Shown piece after piece: positions 13,836 to 27,652 of a DNA stretch of 64,000 bases (its first letter is position 1; each line of letters starts with the position of its first letter). This DNA comes from Octopus vulgaris (Eukaryota), in assembly GCA_951406725.2 (NCBI GenBank), contig OX597815.1, positions 155,868,001-155,932,000 of the forward strand. Reading direction: 5' to 3'. A model generated the notes under the pieces. The model saw nothing but the letters and a program-made list of their open reading frames with translations. It was not told the DNA's origin and ran no database searches. The position numbers and the translations under genes are program-made.

Positions 13836-14039
13836 AATAACCTTTGCATTTGATTTTTTAATGTTTCTACCCTCATACTTTCGTGAGTTGAATTGAGCAA
13901 ACACTATACGAGAGAGATTTTCTTTAAGTATTGGAAATAGTTTTAAAAAAGTTTTTTTAGCTGCTATTTCTAATGAGTTCAGTATGCGGCAAAGTAATTT
14001 ATTTTACTAAGCCCTTTTATATAATGTAATAATTTGTAT

Positions 14040-14079
<40 letters not shown>

Positions 14080-14227
14080 CATGCATATATATATGCATGA
14101 TATATATACATGCATGTATATATATATATGCATGTATATATATTTATGGACGTAAACAAACGGATACTGTTTTTGAAGCCGTGGGAAACAAACAAGTCAC
14201 ATACACAACTTATATATATATATATCT

Positions 14228-14524
14228 GTAAATGTAATATGTGACAATTATTCGGTAGCCATGATGAAACTCCGAGTTTCGGATGCCGAGGTGGAAATCC
14301 ATGCCACCATCCCTTCAGTTATCCGGCCATCGGAAAAAATTCTATGAAAATGACCGATGGCCGGATAACTGAAGAGATAGCGGAGTGGATTTCCACCTCG
14401 GCATCCGAAACTCGGAGTTATATCATGGCTACCGAATAATTGTCACATATTACACTTACGGATAAATTCCTCTATTTACATAATATCGAGGTCTCTTTCA
14501 TTCTTTTGCTGTCTTACCATTTTT

Positions 14525-14528
<4 letters not shown>
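14228..14528. mobile_element. Second Penelope-like fold-back element with hammerhead-like motif
   Basis: Arms 14228-14333 and 14354-14459 plus a right extension to (TA)n. CTGAAGA-GAT...ATCC-GAAA-CTCGGAG-TT lies at 14369-14419. Confidence 0.7.
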
Positions 14529-14562
<34 letters not shown>

Positions 14563-15970
14563 TATATATATATATATTTATATATACATATATATATATA
14601 TGCGCACAGTTAACAAATCAAAAATAAGGGGAAATTGACCTAGTGCATGAGTTTATTTTTGGCATAATTCTCTCGAGATATAACAAAAATTAAACCTTTT
14701 ATCAAAATTTGATACAAATCTATGTTCCAAACTCCAGCTTAGTAATGTCAGGATTATTTAACTAAATTTTTATTTTAACAAGAATTAGATACAGAGTTAG
14801 TGCATTTCAACACAAATACGCTAATGAAAGATTTATGCTTTTTTTTTGTGAGAAATCTTGTGATAGACAAGTTAATGATCAATAGAACACATTTCGTCCA
14901 ACGGAATCCGCATAACTGCAAACTAGTACCGTACTAAGGTTCATTTTTATTTACAAGATGCGGCGAGACAACAAGTATTGTCCCTTGTTTCATAACATAA
15001 GCATGGCTCGTTCAGTTACTCTGAACTCAAATTCTAGCGTAAGCGAATCCTTAAGTGATACTTTATTACATCACTTCCCTCTCCACATTTCTTCATAAAT
15101 GAAGTTATTTCATGGTTTTATTTAAGTAATCGAAGAGAAGTTCCTTTAAAAAAAAAACTGTATTCAACGTAAATATGATCTTAATGGAACAATAAAATAG
15201 ACCAGCTATTATGTTGGTGGACGGACGTATAGATTGATTACAATTCTCTTTAATTTACTTCGTTTGTAGATAAAATGTCAATAATTAGATTGAACGGAAA
15301 CAGATTTTATTAACTACTTCTTTCAAAGAATGTCCTTTAAAGAACCGGATCTGAAAGAGAATCTTTCTTAGTCTAATTACTCGGTAAAATTCTAAACGTA
15401 CCATTGGAGACAATAAAAAACATTCTGACATTATAGTTTAATAAATGTTCAATACGGGATGAAAATAATGCAATCATCGAGATGATGGCTTGCTATTAAA
15501 TTGCCAAATTGTGAAGCCTGGGGTGCCATGGGGAGCATTTGATTAGAATTGTGTTGCTTAATCCCTTAGAATCCGTTTCACATAAATTGATTTCTTATTT
15601 AGACGTAAGGCAATTTCTGTGTCAGAGCAAAGCTGAGAACAAATCTTTGTGTATTAATTGTATTGAGTTCGTTGGAAGATAGTGCAATCCGAAAGCCAAG
15701 CAAAATATATGTGACTTAACTGGCTTCAAATACTGAATCTTTCAAAACTGTCAAAAATTTACTCGTGTAAAAAGTTGAAATGAAACCTTTATTGCCGTCG
15801 GTCAAAACAATTGGCTGTCACGAACTACGTGAAATCGCTTGCACCACGTCACGCATTGAGTCACGACGGCTCAAGTACAAACTCCATTAGGAATGGGACC
15901 CAATGAAGAAATAATATAGACGTACAAATGCACAAGCACACACGCGCGCGCGCCTGATATATATAATATC

Positions 15971-16250
15971 AGGCGTGGCTGTGCGGTAAGAAGCTTGCTT
16001 ACCAACCACACGGTCCCGGGTTCAGTCTAACTGCGTGGCACCTTGGGCAAGTGTCTTCTACTATAGCCTGGGGCCGACCAAAGACTTGTGAGTAGATTTG
16101 GTAGGCGGAAACTGAAAGAAGCCCGTCGTGATATATACATATATATGTGTGTGTGTTTCTGTATCTATGATTATCCCTCTACAACCACTTGACAACCGGT
16201 GTTGGTGTGCTTGCATCTATGTAAATTAGTGTTTCGGCAAAGAGAGACTT
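15971..16250 (+). mobile_element. SINE family A, 3'-truncated
   Basis: GGCGTGGCTGTGCGGTAAG...CCTTGGGCAAGTGTCTTC. Confidence 0.8.
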
Positions 16251-16303
16251 ATCCCTGCCCTAAAATTGCTGGCATTATGTGAAAATTTGAAATCATTATT
16301 ATT

Positions 16304-16695
16304 TGGTGAGCTGGCAGAATTGTTAGCACCTCGGGCGAGATGCTTAGTGATATTTCGTCTGCCGGTACGCTCTAAGTTCAAATTTCACTGAGGTCGACTT
16401 TGCCTTTCATCCTTTCGGGGTCGATAAATTAAGTACCAGTTACGCACTGGGGTCGATATAATTGACTTGATCCGTTTGTCTGTCCTTGTTTGTCCTCTCT
16501 GTGTTTAGCTCCTTGTGGGTAGTAAAGAAATAGGTATTTAGCCTGTCGCTACGTTCCGAGTTCAAATTCCGCCGAGGTCGACTTTGCCTTCCATCCTTTC
16601 GGGGTCCATAAAATAAGTATTAGTTGAACACTGGGGTCGATGTAATCGATTTATACCCTCCTCCAAAATTTCAACCCTTGTGACAAAATTTGGAA
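16304..16695 (+). mobile_element. SINE family B dimer (B1 followed by headless B2)
   Basis: Two GAGGTCGACTTTGCCTTTCATCCTTTCGGGGTC modules; the first ends ...GTAGTAAAGAAATAG. Confidence 0.85.
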
Positions 16696-16696
16696 C

Positions 16697-17057
<361 letters not shown>

Positions 17058-17619
17058 TTTATGCTCGGATCACATGATCATCTATAAGTGCAATTGTAAG
17101 GGTAAGAAGGTTATACTTGTATGTGTGCACACGTACGTTTAATATTACGTATTACATTAGATGATATATATCTATATGCATATAGAAATATATATACGCA
17201 CATATATAAGCATACACATAGACGCGCACTTACATTTACATCTATGAGTCTGCACGTGTATGTATGTGGGTAATTGTTTTCCTTGCAGTATAATAAACTC
17301 CTTAGAATTTAGGTGGATTTATTTCACCGATTAAAGGTTGTAAAAAATATGAGGCGATGGTTTTTATGTCTTTAGGTTATATAGTATAGAGATTTTCGTA
17401 GTTGAATTAGTAATGTGCTTAAACACAGAAATAAAAAAAGAAAGATTAATATTATATCTTTTAAGTTTTGCTTAAGGTTTATTTTTTTTATATTTTCAGA
17501 AATTGGAATTATTCATTTCTTTAAACATTTTTCACGTTCAGTTTGGTTAGGTTTTTCTGTTTATGCTTAGAAGAGTTTTGTTCACAAACAAACTGTAGAG
17601 TAGATACACATTCACAATA

Positions 17620-18228
<609 letters not shown>

Positions 18229-18814
18229 GAACAAAACTGTTGTTGCTTCTGAAATTATTTACTAGTATGTATACTCTGTGATCTTTCTTGCTACGGAGAT
18301 CTGTAGGAGTAAAGTTTAACAGTTTCAGCCTCTTTACGCAATTCTCTCTCTCTCTCGGTGCATAAAGCCATATATAGAATTTAAAATACTAGGTTTATAT
18401 CGTGCACCTTAGCTCACGTTGAACACACACAGACGTTCCACAAACACATACTCACATATATATATAATACTATATTGTGATTTAGACTTTAATTTTATAG
18501 CACATAAGCAGTGTTTTGAAGTTGATGAGTATTTTTGAATTATAAACCGAATATCCTGTCACTGGACTTCATAGGTAGAAATATCACAGAGCACACATAG
18601 AGGACGAAACAGAACTGTAGAATCGGTTCATAAATTATTTAAATACGTAATCTTACACGTACTTCATTGAAGACAACGACGCCATTATGTAATCCAAGCC
18701 AGGAAATTTTTATAGGCATTTTCTTTGTCAGAAATTCATGCCGAATGATTTGGTGTCAATTATTGACAAAGTGAAGCTCTAGAATACCTGCTTAGCCCAT
18801 AATGTGGTCATTAT

Positions 18815-19190
18815 CAGAAGAATCGTTAGCACACCGGGCAAAATGCTTAACGGAATTTTGTCTGCCGCCACGTTGTGAGTTCAAATTCCGCCGAGGTCGA
18901 CTTTGCCTTTCATCCTTTCGGGGTCGATTAAATAAGTACCAGTTACTCACTGGGGGCGATTTAATCGACTTAATCCGTTTGTCTGTCCTTGTTTGTCCCC
19001 TCTGTGGGTAGTAAAGAAATAGATATTTCATCAGTCAGCACTTTCTGAGCTCTAATTCCGCCGACGTCGACTTAACCTTTCATCCGTTCGGGGTCCATAA
19101 ATTAAGTACTAGTGACACACTGGGTAGATGTAATCGAGTATTCTCCTCTCCCCAGCTTTTCAGGCCTTTGTGCCTACAGTAGAAAGGATT
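18815..19190 (+). mobile_element. SINE family B dimer
   Basis: Same B1-tail (AAAGAAATAG) to B2-body junction as at 16304. Confidence 0.85.
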
Positions 19191-19789
19191 ATCTTTATTG
19201 AAACATGTGTGAGATGTCATAGTTAAATAAGTTAAATAATTTATGAACTGACTCTTCAGGTGTCATTTTCCTTTCTCTGTATATGCACGTAGGTGTATAA
19301 TAGGTACGTGTGTGTGTTTGTTTATGTGTGCGTGTGTATGTGTGTGTAGGTGTGTGCGTGTGCATCCATGGAAGTGTGAAAACATGGCAGCTAGGTTAAG
19401 AAATTTTTATCGTAGCCATGTGGGTCTTGGTTTGATCCCTGCGTGGTATCTTCGGCATATGCATTTCGCCCCTGCTTCGGGTTGACTCAAGCCTTATGAT
19501 TGAAATGATTGGAATATTTTAAAGATATGTAGGCACCCCGCCCTCCGAATGGATGTAACCGTGATTAAAAAAACAAAACCACCTTGTCCCACTGTGTCAC
19601 GCATATTCTGCTTGAGTGTATCGTTAACGTTACCAATGTCTGTGGAATTCTCAGCTAGCTGCACAATTCAATAAGTAGGATTTTTACTTTAGCTAACAAC
19701 TGAATGCATAACGTCTTGTTTTCACTGTTACGCACGTCATGCAAGCGCACATACGAGCGCACACATACATTTGACATATAGAAATTCAC

Positions 19790-20119
<330 letters not shown>

Positions 20120-20144
20120 ATATATATATATATATATATTTATA

Positions 20145-20483
20145 TGCGTATGAGTGGCTGTGTGGTAAGTAGCTTGCTTACGAACCACATGGTTCCGGGT
20201 TCAGTCCCACTGCGTAGCATCTTGGACAAGTGTCTTCTACTATGGTCTCGGGCCGACCGAAGCCTTGTGAGTGGATTTGGAAACTGAAAGAAGCCCGTCG
20301 TATATATGCATGTGTGTGTATATGTTTGTGTGTCTGTGTTTGTCCCCCCCAACCGATGCTGGTGTGTTTACGTCCCCGTAACTTAGCGATAGAATAAGTA
20401 CTAAGCTTACTAAGAATAAGCTCGACAAAAGGCGGTGCCCCAGCATGGTCATAGTTACATGACTGAAACAAGTAGAAGAGTAA
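20145..20483 (+). mobile_element. SINE family A
   Basis: Head, CORE-like block and tail are all present. Confidence 0.85.
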
Positions 20484-21269
20484 AGCGTATACATAATCCC
20501 TTTACGATACACACACACACACACATACACATACACGCACACATACATGCACGCACACATACACACACGCTCACACGCACGCGCTCACGCACACATACAC
20601 ATGCACACACACGTGCGCATGTACACACACTCGGAGGAAATTCCCTAAAATATCGTCTTGATTAAGTATTTGGTAGGCAAATCAAGCCTTCTCTTTCCGA
20701 TTTAATGTCTTCGGCCTAATATTGGCGCAAATCCGATCAATAATGAAACAGAAACGGTCCCATTGAGATTCGAACTTCTGCTACAATTTCGACTTACTAA
20801 CCAGGAAGTTGTTACAACTTCCCAGTAGTCTCTCTCTCTCTCTCCCTCTCTCTCTCTCTCTCCCTCTCCCTCTCTCTCTCTCTCTCTCCCTCTCTTTCTC
20901 TCTCTCTGAATGAATGGATATCATGTTGTTTTATCGTTGTGTGTATTCTCTATCTAGTATCGATTTAGTTGCCGAAGGCTGTTCATAGAGTTGGAATGTA
21001 ATATTCAGTACATTATTCATGAAACGAGAAATCGGCAAACTTTATCTCAATATGTCCTCCGCTATAGGAAAAAATCGTATTATAATATACAATTTGTTAC
21101 TACTGTTATATCTGTGTACTATGATCATGATTAAATGAATACAAGCAGTGAGGACGATTGTGCACGCACACAGACACATGCATGCATACATACATACACA
21201 CATACATACATACATACGTACATACATACATACATACATACATCGTACGTACATACATACATACATACA

Positions 21270-21300
<31 letters not shown>

Positions 21301-21319
21301 GTACCTACGTATGTATGTA

Positions 21320-22092
21320 CTAGCTGTTGAACCCAGCGTTGCTCGTGTTGAAGTTAAGCCCACCCCTGACCTTGTATTGAAATCTTCTCCGTTTCACATG
21401 ACAACTATTACCCATTAAGATTTTATATCTGGTTCGGCAGGAATTTTACCCGGTTAACACTTTCGACATACACCTACATACTGGGCCATCTGAAATCGCA
21501 GTCAAACTTTTGGGTGTACCTCGACCCGTTGAGAGTCATGTTTGTTTATTTCGCCCCCCCCCCCTTGACGCCACCCTCTATACAAAATTGATCAGCGTGT
21601 CCAATCTCAGGAAAATCCGGAGAAAAGTGTGAAGGTTATGCTATATATATAGAATCCATGTGACAATTTACATGAAAATATAAAAGTTACAGCCAAAAAT
21701 AAAATCCCTATTGGTATTTGCTCGCAAAAAGCCTATTGATTTTATAAAACCACTGCTCAGGCGCAATTATCGATTTTTTGTCAACGCCATATACTGATAT
21801 CAACTCTCTGACATGAGCCACGCTCGCTCCTCAATTTACATCAAAATCGGACAAAAAATGCAAAAGGTGCAGGAAGAATAACATCGCTATGGGAATTTCT
21901 ATTCAAACGCCCGATTGAGCTCACAAAAATCGATGCTAACTGAGCATTATGGAGTTTTTGAAAAATGCCGGTCTTATTTGAACTTCAGGGCATGTGCCAA
22001 AATCATTAAAATTGGTTGGACCGTGCGGGATGAGTTCGAGTAACCCCAAACACATACACACACAGATACCGTTACACATTTATGTATATAGA
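21320..22092 (-). mobile_element. Non-autonomous Helitron
   Basis: Minus strand starts TC(TATATACATAAA) and ends with the degenerate hairpin CGAGCAACGCTGGG plus CTAG. It sits between A and T in (TACA)n with no TSD. Confidence 0.75.
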
Positions 22093-22455
22093 TGTATGTA
22101 CGTATGTGCATACATACATTCAAACATACATACATACATACATGCATACGTACGTACACACACATACATACATACATAAATACATACATGCATACCTATG
22201 TACATATACATACACAAATACATATATATACGTACATACGTACGTACGTATGTATGTACGTACGTACGTACATACATACATAGATATATACGTATGTTCA
22301 TACATACATACATAGATACAGACGTAGTACACATATATACATACGTACATGCATACGGACGTACACAGACATACACACATACATTCATACATACATGCAT
22401 AGTACGTACGTACACACATACATACATGCATACGTATGTGCATACATACATACAT

Positions 22456-22868
22456 ATTTCAGTCGTTAGATTGAGGCCATGCTGGGGCACCACCTTGAAG
22501 AATTTTAGTCGATCGAATCGACCCCAGTACTAATTATTTTAAAACCCGGTACTTATTCTGCCATCGCTTCTGTCGAACCGCTAAGTTACAGGGACGTAAA
22601 TAAACTAACACTGGTTGTCAAACGTCGGTTGAGGCAAAGCCACAAAGATACACACACACACCCACACACACACACACACATACACACACACATACACACA
22701 CACTTAACAAGATTCTTTCAGTTTCCGTCTATCAAATCCACTCACAAGCCTTTAGTCGGCCTGAGGCTACAGCAGAAGACATCTGTTCAAGGAGCCGCGC
22801 AGTGAGATTGAACCCAGAACCACATGTTTGTGGAGCAAACTTCTTACCACACAGCCATGCTTGCAGCT
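22456..22868 (-). mobile_element. SINE family A
   Basis: Colinear with 6317-6728. Confidence 0.85.
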
Positions 22869-23269
22869 ATATATGAGACAGTGTATACTTTGTGGGTTTT
22901 ACTTGATACCTATGATGTATCAACAGTCAAGTCATTAATTATCCTTTAACCGGACACCATTGTTGGTGGATAACGGAAGTTAGTGTGTTCATACTTTTCT
23001 TAAATACCCCGACGATATAGATGAAGCGAACAAGCTTCAGCCGAAGTATACTCTTGGCTTTTCCGTAGTCGTATTACAGTTCTACGGTGCTTCCTATAAC
23101 ATGAAACAGAAATATGCTTTAAACAAATATATATAATAGTGGTGAGTTGAAAGAATCGGCTGCGCATCGAATATTGAAGCCTAGTGATATTTAGTTGCGT
23201 CATTATACTTAGTTGAAACACACCAAATTCTCTTTTACGTTTTATCATTTGGAGATCGATACGATAAAT

Positions 23270-24145
23270 ATTCTTTTCTACTGTAGACACAAGGCCCGAA
23301 ATTTTTGTGAAGGGGGCCAGTCGAATAGATCGACCCCAGTACGCAACTGGTACTTAATTTATCGATCCCGAAAGGAGGAAAGGCAAAGTCGACCCCGGCG
23401 GAATTTGAACTCAGAACGTAAAGACGGACGAAATATCGCTAAGCCTTTCGCCCGGAGTGTTAACATTTCTATTTCTTTACTACCCACAAGGGGCTAAACA
23501 CAGAGAGGACAAACAAGGACAGACAAACGGATTAAGTCGATTATATCGACCCCAGTGCATAACTGGTACTTATTTAATCGACCCCGAAAGGATGAAAGGC
23601 AAAGTCGACCTCGGCGGAATTTGAACTCAGAACGTATCGGCAGACGAAATACGGCTACGCATTTCGCCCGGTGTGCTAACGACTCTGCCAGCTCGCCGCC
23701 TTCGATACGATAAATAATCTTTTCTACTCTAGGCACAGGGCCCGAAATTTTGGGGTGGGGGTGAGTCGATTAGATCGACGCCAGTTCGCAACTGTTAATT
23801 TATCGACCCCGGAAGGATGAAAGGCAATGTCGACTTCAGCGGAATTCGAACTCAGAAAGTAAAGACAGACGAAATATCACTACGGCTTTCGCCCGGAGTG
23901 CTAACATTTCTTATTTCTTTATTGCCCACAAGGGGCTAAAACATAGAGGGGACAAACAAGGACAGACAAAGGGATTAAGTCGATTACATCGACTCCAGTG
24001 CGTAACTGGTACTTATTTAATCGACCCCGAAAGAATGAAAGGCAAAGTCGACTTCGGCGGAATTCGAACTCAGAACGTAAAGACAGACGAAATACCGCTA
24101 AGCCTTTCGCCCGGAGTGCTAACTTTTCTGCTCGCTCGCCGCCTT
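23270..24145 (-). mobile_element. Two tandem SINE-B dimers (four modules)
   Basis: Four GGCAAAGTCGAC...GAATTTGAACTCAGAACG-type modules. The flank GATACGATAAATA/GATACGAGAAACA recurs at ~23258, ~23704 and ~24146. Confidence 0.85.
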
Positions 24146-24241
24146 GATACGAGAAACATTATCTAATTACTGGAGTCGGTTTAATAGATTACACTTCGTT
24201 TCCAACTATATGAGCTTTTTATCTTTGCTAAAAACCATTTG

Positions 24242-24652
24242 TACGGTTAAGAAGCTCACTTGGTAACCATGTGGTTTCAGTTTTAGTCCCTCTGCATGAC
24301 ACGCTGTGCAAGTGTCTTCTACGATAGCCCTTGGCCAATGAAAGCCTCGCGAGTAAATTTAGTAGAAGGAAACTGTACAGCTGCCCGTCGTATATATGCG
24401 TGAGTGTGTGTCCTTGTTTCTGTGTAACCCTACCCCTCTTGCTTGATGATCAGTGTTGTTTTGTTTACGTCTCCGTGATGTATGAGCTGGTCAAAAGAGA
24501 CCTACAGATTACGTAACCATACTTTAAAAATAATAGCAATAACAAAAAAACATAGGTACTGAAGTTGATTTGTCCAACTAAAATGTTTCAAGGTAGTGCT
24601 CCGACTAAAACTTTTCAAGGTGGTGTATGGATGCAAGTAAAACAAGTAAAAA
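24242..24652 (+). mobile_element. SINE family A, diverged
   Basis: GCAAGTGTCTTCTAC...GTAGAAGGAAACTG...AAACAAGTAAAA. Confidence 0.7.
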
Positions 24653-25337
24653 ATAATTTATATATCTAGACCACGATTTTGCCTTTCACTATTCCACGAT
24701 CGCTTAGATAAGGATTCATTCTGTCTATACACTTGTTCTTTATAAATAATAATTTTACACCAAATTATAAAACGTCATGATTAATACGTATTGAAAAAAT
24801 AAATAGTTAATACTCTTTTATATTAGATGTAGAGAAAAGGAGTTGCAAAAATGGAAGCCGCATTAGCAACAGTGTATTAGATCTATCTTCCAAAATATGT
24901 GACTCGTATCAAAGTTAGATGTTCGTATCTATTGGAGTGACTGATGCAGAACCTGATAATGTCTGTCGGGTGAAATATGTAATTTGGCTGATATTCAGCC
25001 ATTGTGTCTTAGAGCTATGCTGTCATAAACTGAAGTAGGTTCATTATTTTCAGTTATATTCCTTCAGTTTATCCTCATCTTCTGCGTTTCTTTCTATATT
25101 ATGTTGCAATTAGTATATTGTCAACCACCTTTGTATCTCTATATACAAATATATAGAAAATTTGCAATTCCATGTTAGAAACGATATTTTGCAATCCAAT
25201 ACTAAACAATGTTTTTATGAATATTTGGGCAAATGATGCTCCTGAAAACACTGGAAGATGAGTCCTGGAGAAACGTAGTTTCTATCTCTGGTTGAAATCA
25301 TTCCACTTTCTATTCGTTGATAGTCTCTTATGGGAAC

Positions 25338-25411
25338 ATTATTTACATTTGACGGATATTTGTCCTCATCTTTTTTGCTGTTAACACAAATATCCGTCAA
25401 ATGTAAATAAT
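25338..25411. repeat. Perfect 26-bp inverted repeat with 22-nt loop
   Basis: ATTATTTACATTTGACGGATATTTGT ... ACAAATATCCGTCAAATGTAAATAAT. Confidence 0.9.
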
Positions 25412-25610
25412 ATAAATAATGTACATAATTCCTCATATCTTAAATATAGAACAGTATTCTCTTCTTGGAAGTTTTAAACTTCTTTGCCCATTTTTCTTTC
25501 TGCTCATAAATACGAGAATATTAATATCCATGAAAATAAAAGTATCTTTCGGCAAGAAATGAAATACAAATGAAAGGATAAATTTCGTAATGACAAGTAC
25601 TTTTCCACAG

Positions 25611-25696
25611 ATACCCAATTAGACAGGCTAATAATGAAAAAGTCCAACGCATTCTCTCTCTCCCTCTCCCTCCTTTCTCTCTGACTGGATGCCCAG
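25611..25696 (+). other. Candidate internal exon (86 nt)
   Basis: Acceptor TTTTCCACAG and donor CAG|GTATGT. One frame is open (YPIRQANNEKVQRILSLPLPPFSLTGCP); I do not recognise any homology. Confidence 0.3.
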
Positions 25697-27184
25697 GTAT
25701 GTATAAACATTTAGGGATAAAATATTGTGAGATGCTTTTACTTCTGAAGACTTCTGTTTATAGCAAAGCAAAACTGGTTTTACAGGTTTCATCCTTATGC
25801 AGCGTGGATCGCGTATACAAGTGCCTATTCCGTATATTCTATACATGTGTGTGTGTGTATTACGGTTATTAAGTCATAACATGATTTCCAAAAAATATTT
25901 ACTGATGAAATGGTTCGTTACTGGTAATTAACATAATTAATCGTCACTGTAATTCGTGTTTCATGCCTTGCTCAAGCATACACAAGCACACACGGGTGGA
26001 AGAATTTTAATTCGAAACTGCATGTTAACCAAGTGTGTGAGAGTGCACTGAGTTCCATCAACTTACAAATTTGAGGCAGGGCAGTGCCATACATCCCCAC
26101 ATTACATATTTACATCAAAATGTACTGAATGAAGTAGTGATGCATGAATGAAGTGGTGATGCATGTCTCCCCCCTGTGCTGCTGACAGGATTCAGTATCC
26201 TATTAAATCAACCAGCAACGAACGACTCTTGACAAAGTACGAAAATAGTAAGAAAATGAAGAAATGAAACTAATTCCTTCTGAAAGGAATACCTGTTAAA
26301 CTGCTTAAATGTAATTTATCTGGGTAGGATTAAGACGATGATAGACCAAGCGGAAATACACATAAAAGAAACAATGAAATTAACAATGGAATCAAATTTT
26401 AAGTAAAAGGATTAGAAATATAGGTGACATAGCAAGTAAGAGAGAGGAAGTGTAAGAAAAAATAGTTTAAAATAAAAAAAGATCTGATTGTCAGTGTATA
26501 CAGAAAATTGAAAAACAAAATGTAGAGAAACGACGAACTTTCAAATAGGCTTACTGCTGTGAAAGCTGAAAGACGTGACGTATTCAGGATTGTGAGAAGA
26601 TTCTAAAAATAAACTAAGAGATACTATGCACGGAGAGGAAGAAATAGAGGTAGAGAGACGGAGAGTTATTTCGTTTTAATGATATTGGGAAATTAACAAT
26701 TAGCACTTAAGGAGAGTGCTATGAGAAACGTTCTTATGAGACATTTCTGAAAGAGAAATCTGATTGGGATAAAAGGGAGTTAACTTTAAATTAATAATGG
26801 TATTTATTGTGAATTGCTATTCCCTAGTTAATTAGCACACGCTTAACTCAAACAAATTAACCTCAAATTTTTCTACAGCTAACGATCATGTGATAAATAG
26901 TTAATAATGTAAGGGTCATCTTTCAAAACGTGTTCTTCACCTCCACAATGTTCGTGTTTCAATATTCCTCTTGGGTATTTTATAATTACACACCTTGGTA
27001 GATCAATCTGAGTATTTCTCTAGCATCCACGAACCTTGGTGTTGTGTATTATATATACATAACTCTTGTTAGAAAACATCATTTTGCAGTGATTCATTAC
27101 AATTTCAGTTTTGAATATTAGTTTTGGTGTTGAGATCCAAACGAGATATTTTCAACTTTATGGTATTGGCGTAGACACAACTTC

Positions 27185-27652
27185 GTAGTTATGAAGCTCG
27201 CTTTACAACTACATGCAGTTTCGGGTTCAACCCTATTGCTGGACAAATTGGGAAAGTGTTTTCTACTATAGCTCTACGCCGGCCAATGGCATGTGAGGGA
27301 ATTTGGTTGACTGAAACGGTGTGGAAGCCCGTACATACATACATACATACATACATACATACATACATACATACATACATACATACATACATACATACAT
27401 ACATACATACATGTGTGTGTGCGTGTATACGTGTCCTTGTGTGCGCGTATGATTGTCCTTGTGTGTTTGCGTGTTTATTCCCGTCTCACCACTTGGCAAA
27501 CGATGTTGTTTCGTTTATGTCCCAGTAACTTAGCGATTCTGAAAAGGCAACCGATATAATAAGTACTTGATTTATATACTCTGGGGTCGATTTGTTCGAC
27601 TAAACCTCCCCAGCATGGCCGCAGTCAAACAACTAAAACAAGCAAAACAGAA
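27185..27652 (+). mobile_element. SINE family A, diverged, with internal (TACA)n expansion
   Basis: TCTACTATAGC...ACTGAAACG...CAGCATGGCCGCAGTCAA. Confidence 0.7.

Larger units (their letters stand above)
13023..14036. mobile_element. Penelope-like fold-back element with ~457-bp near-perfect inverted arms
   Basis: Arms 13106-13562 and 13581-14036 with an 18-nt spacer and an unpaired extension at 13023-13105. It is flanked by (TA)n, and mirrored ORFs appear in the ORF track. Confidence 0.8.

Noticed and set aside
13241-13900. Paired identical 90-108 aa ORFs on opposite strands as genes
   Set aside because: They are a by-product of the palindrome, have non-ATG starts, are broken by homopolymer indels and show no recognisable motif.
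15790-15880. Promoter/enhancer (ATTGG, CACGTCA, TGAGTCA motifs)
   Set aside because: Short motifs expected by chance, with no linked transcript evidence.
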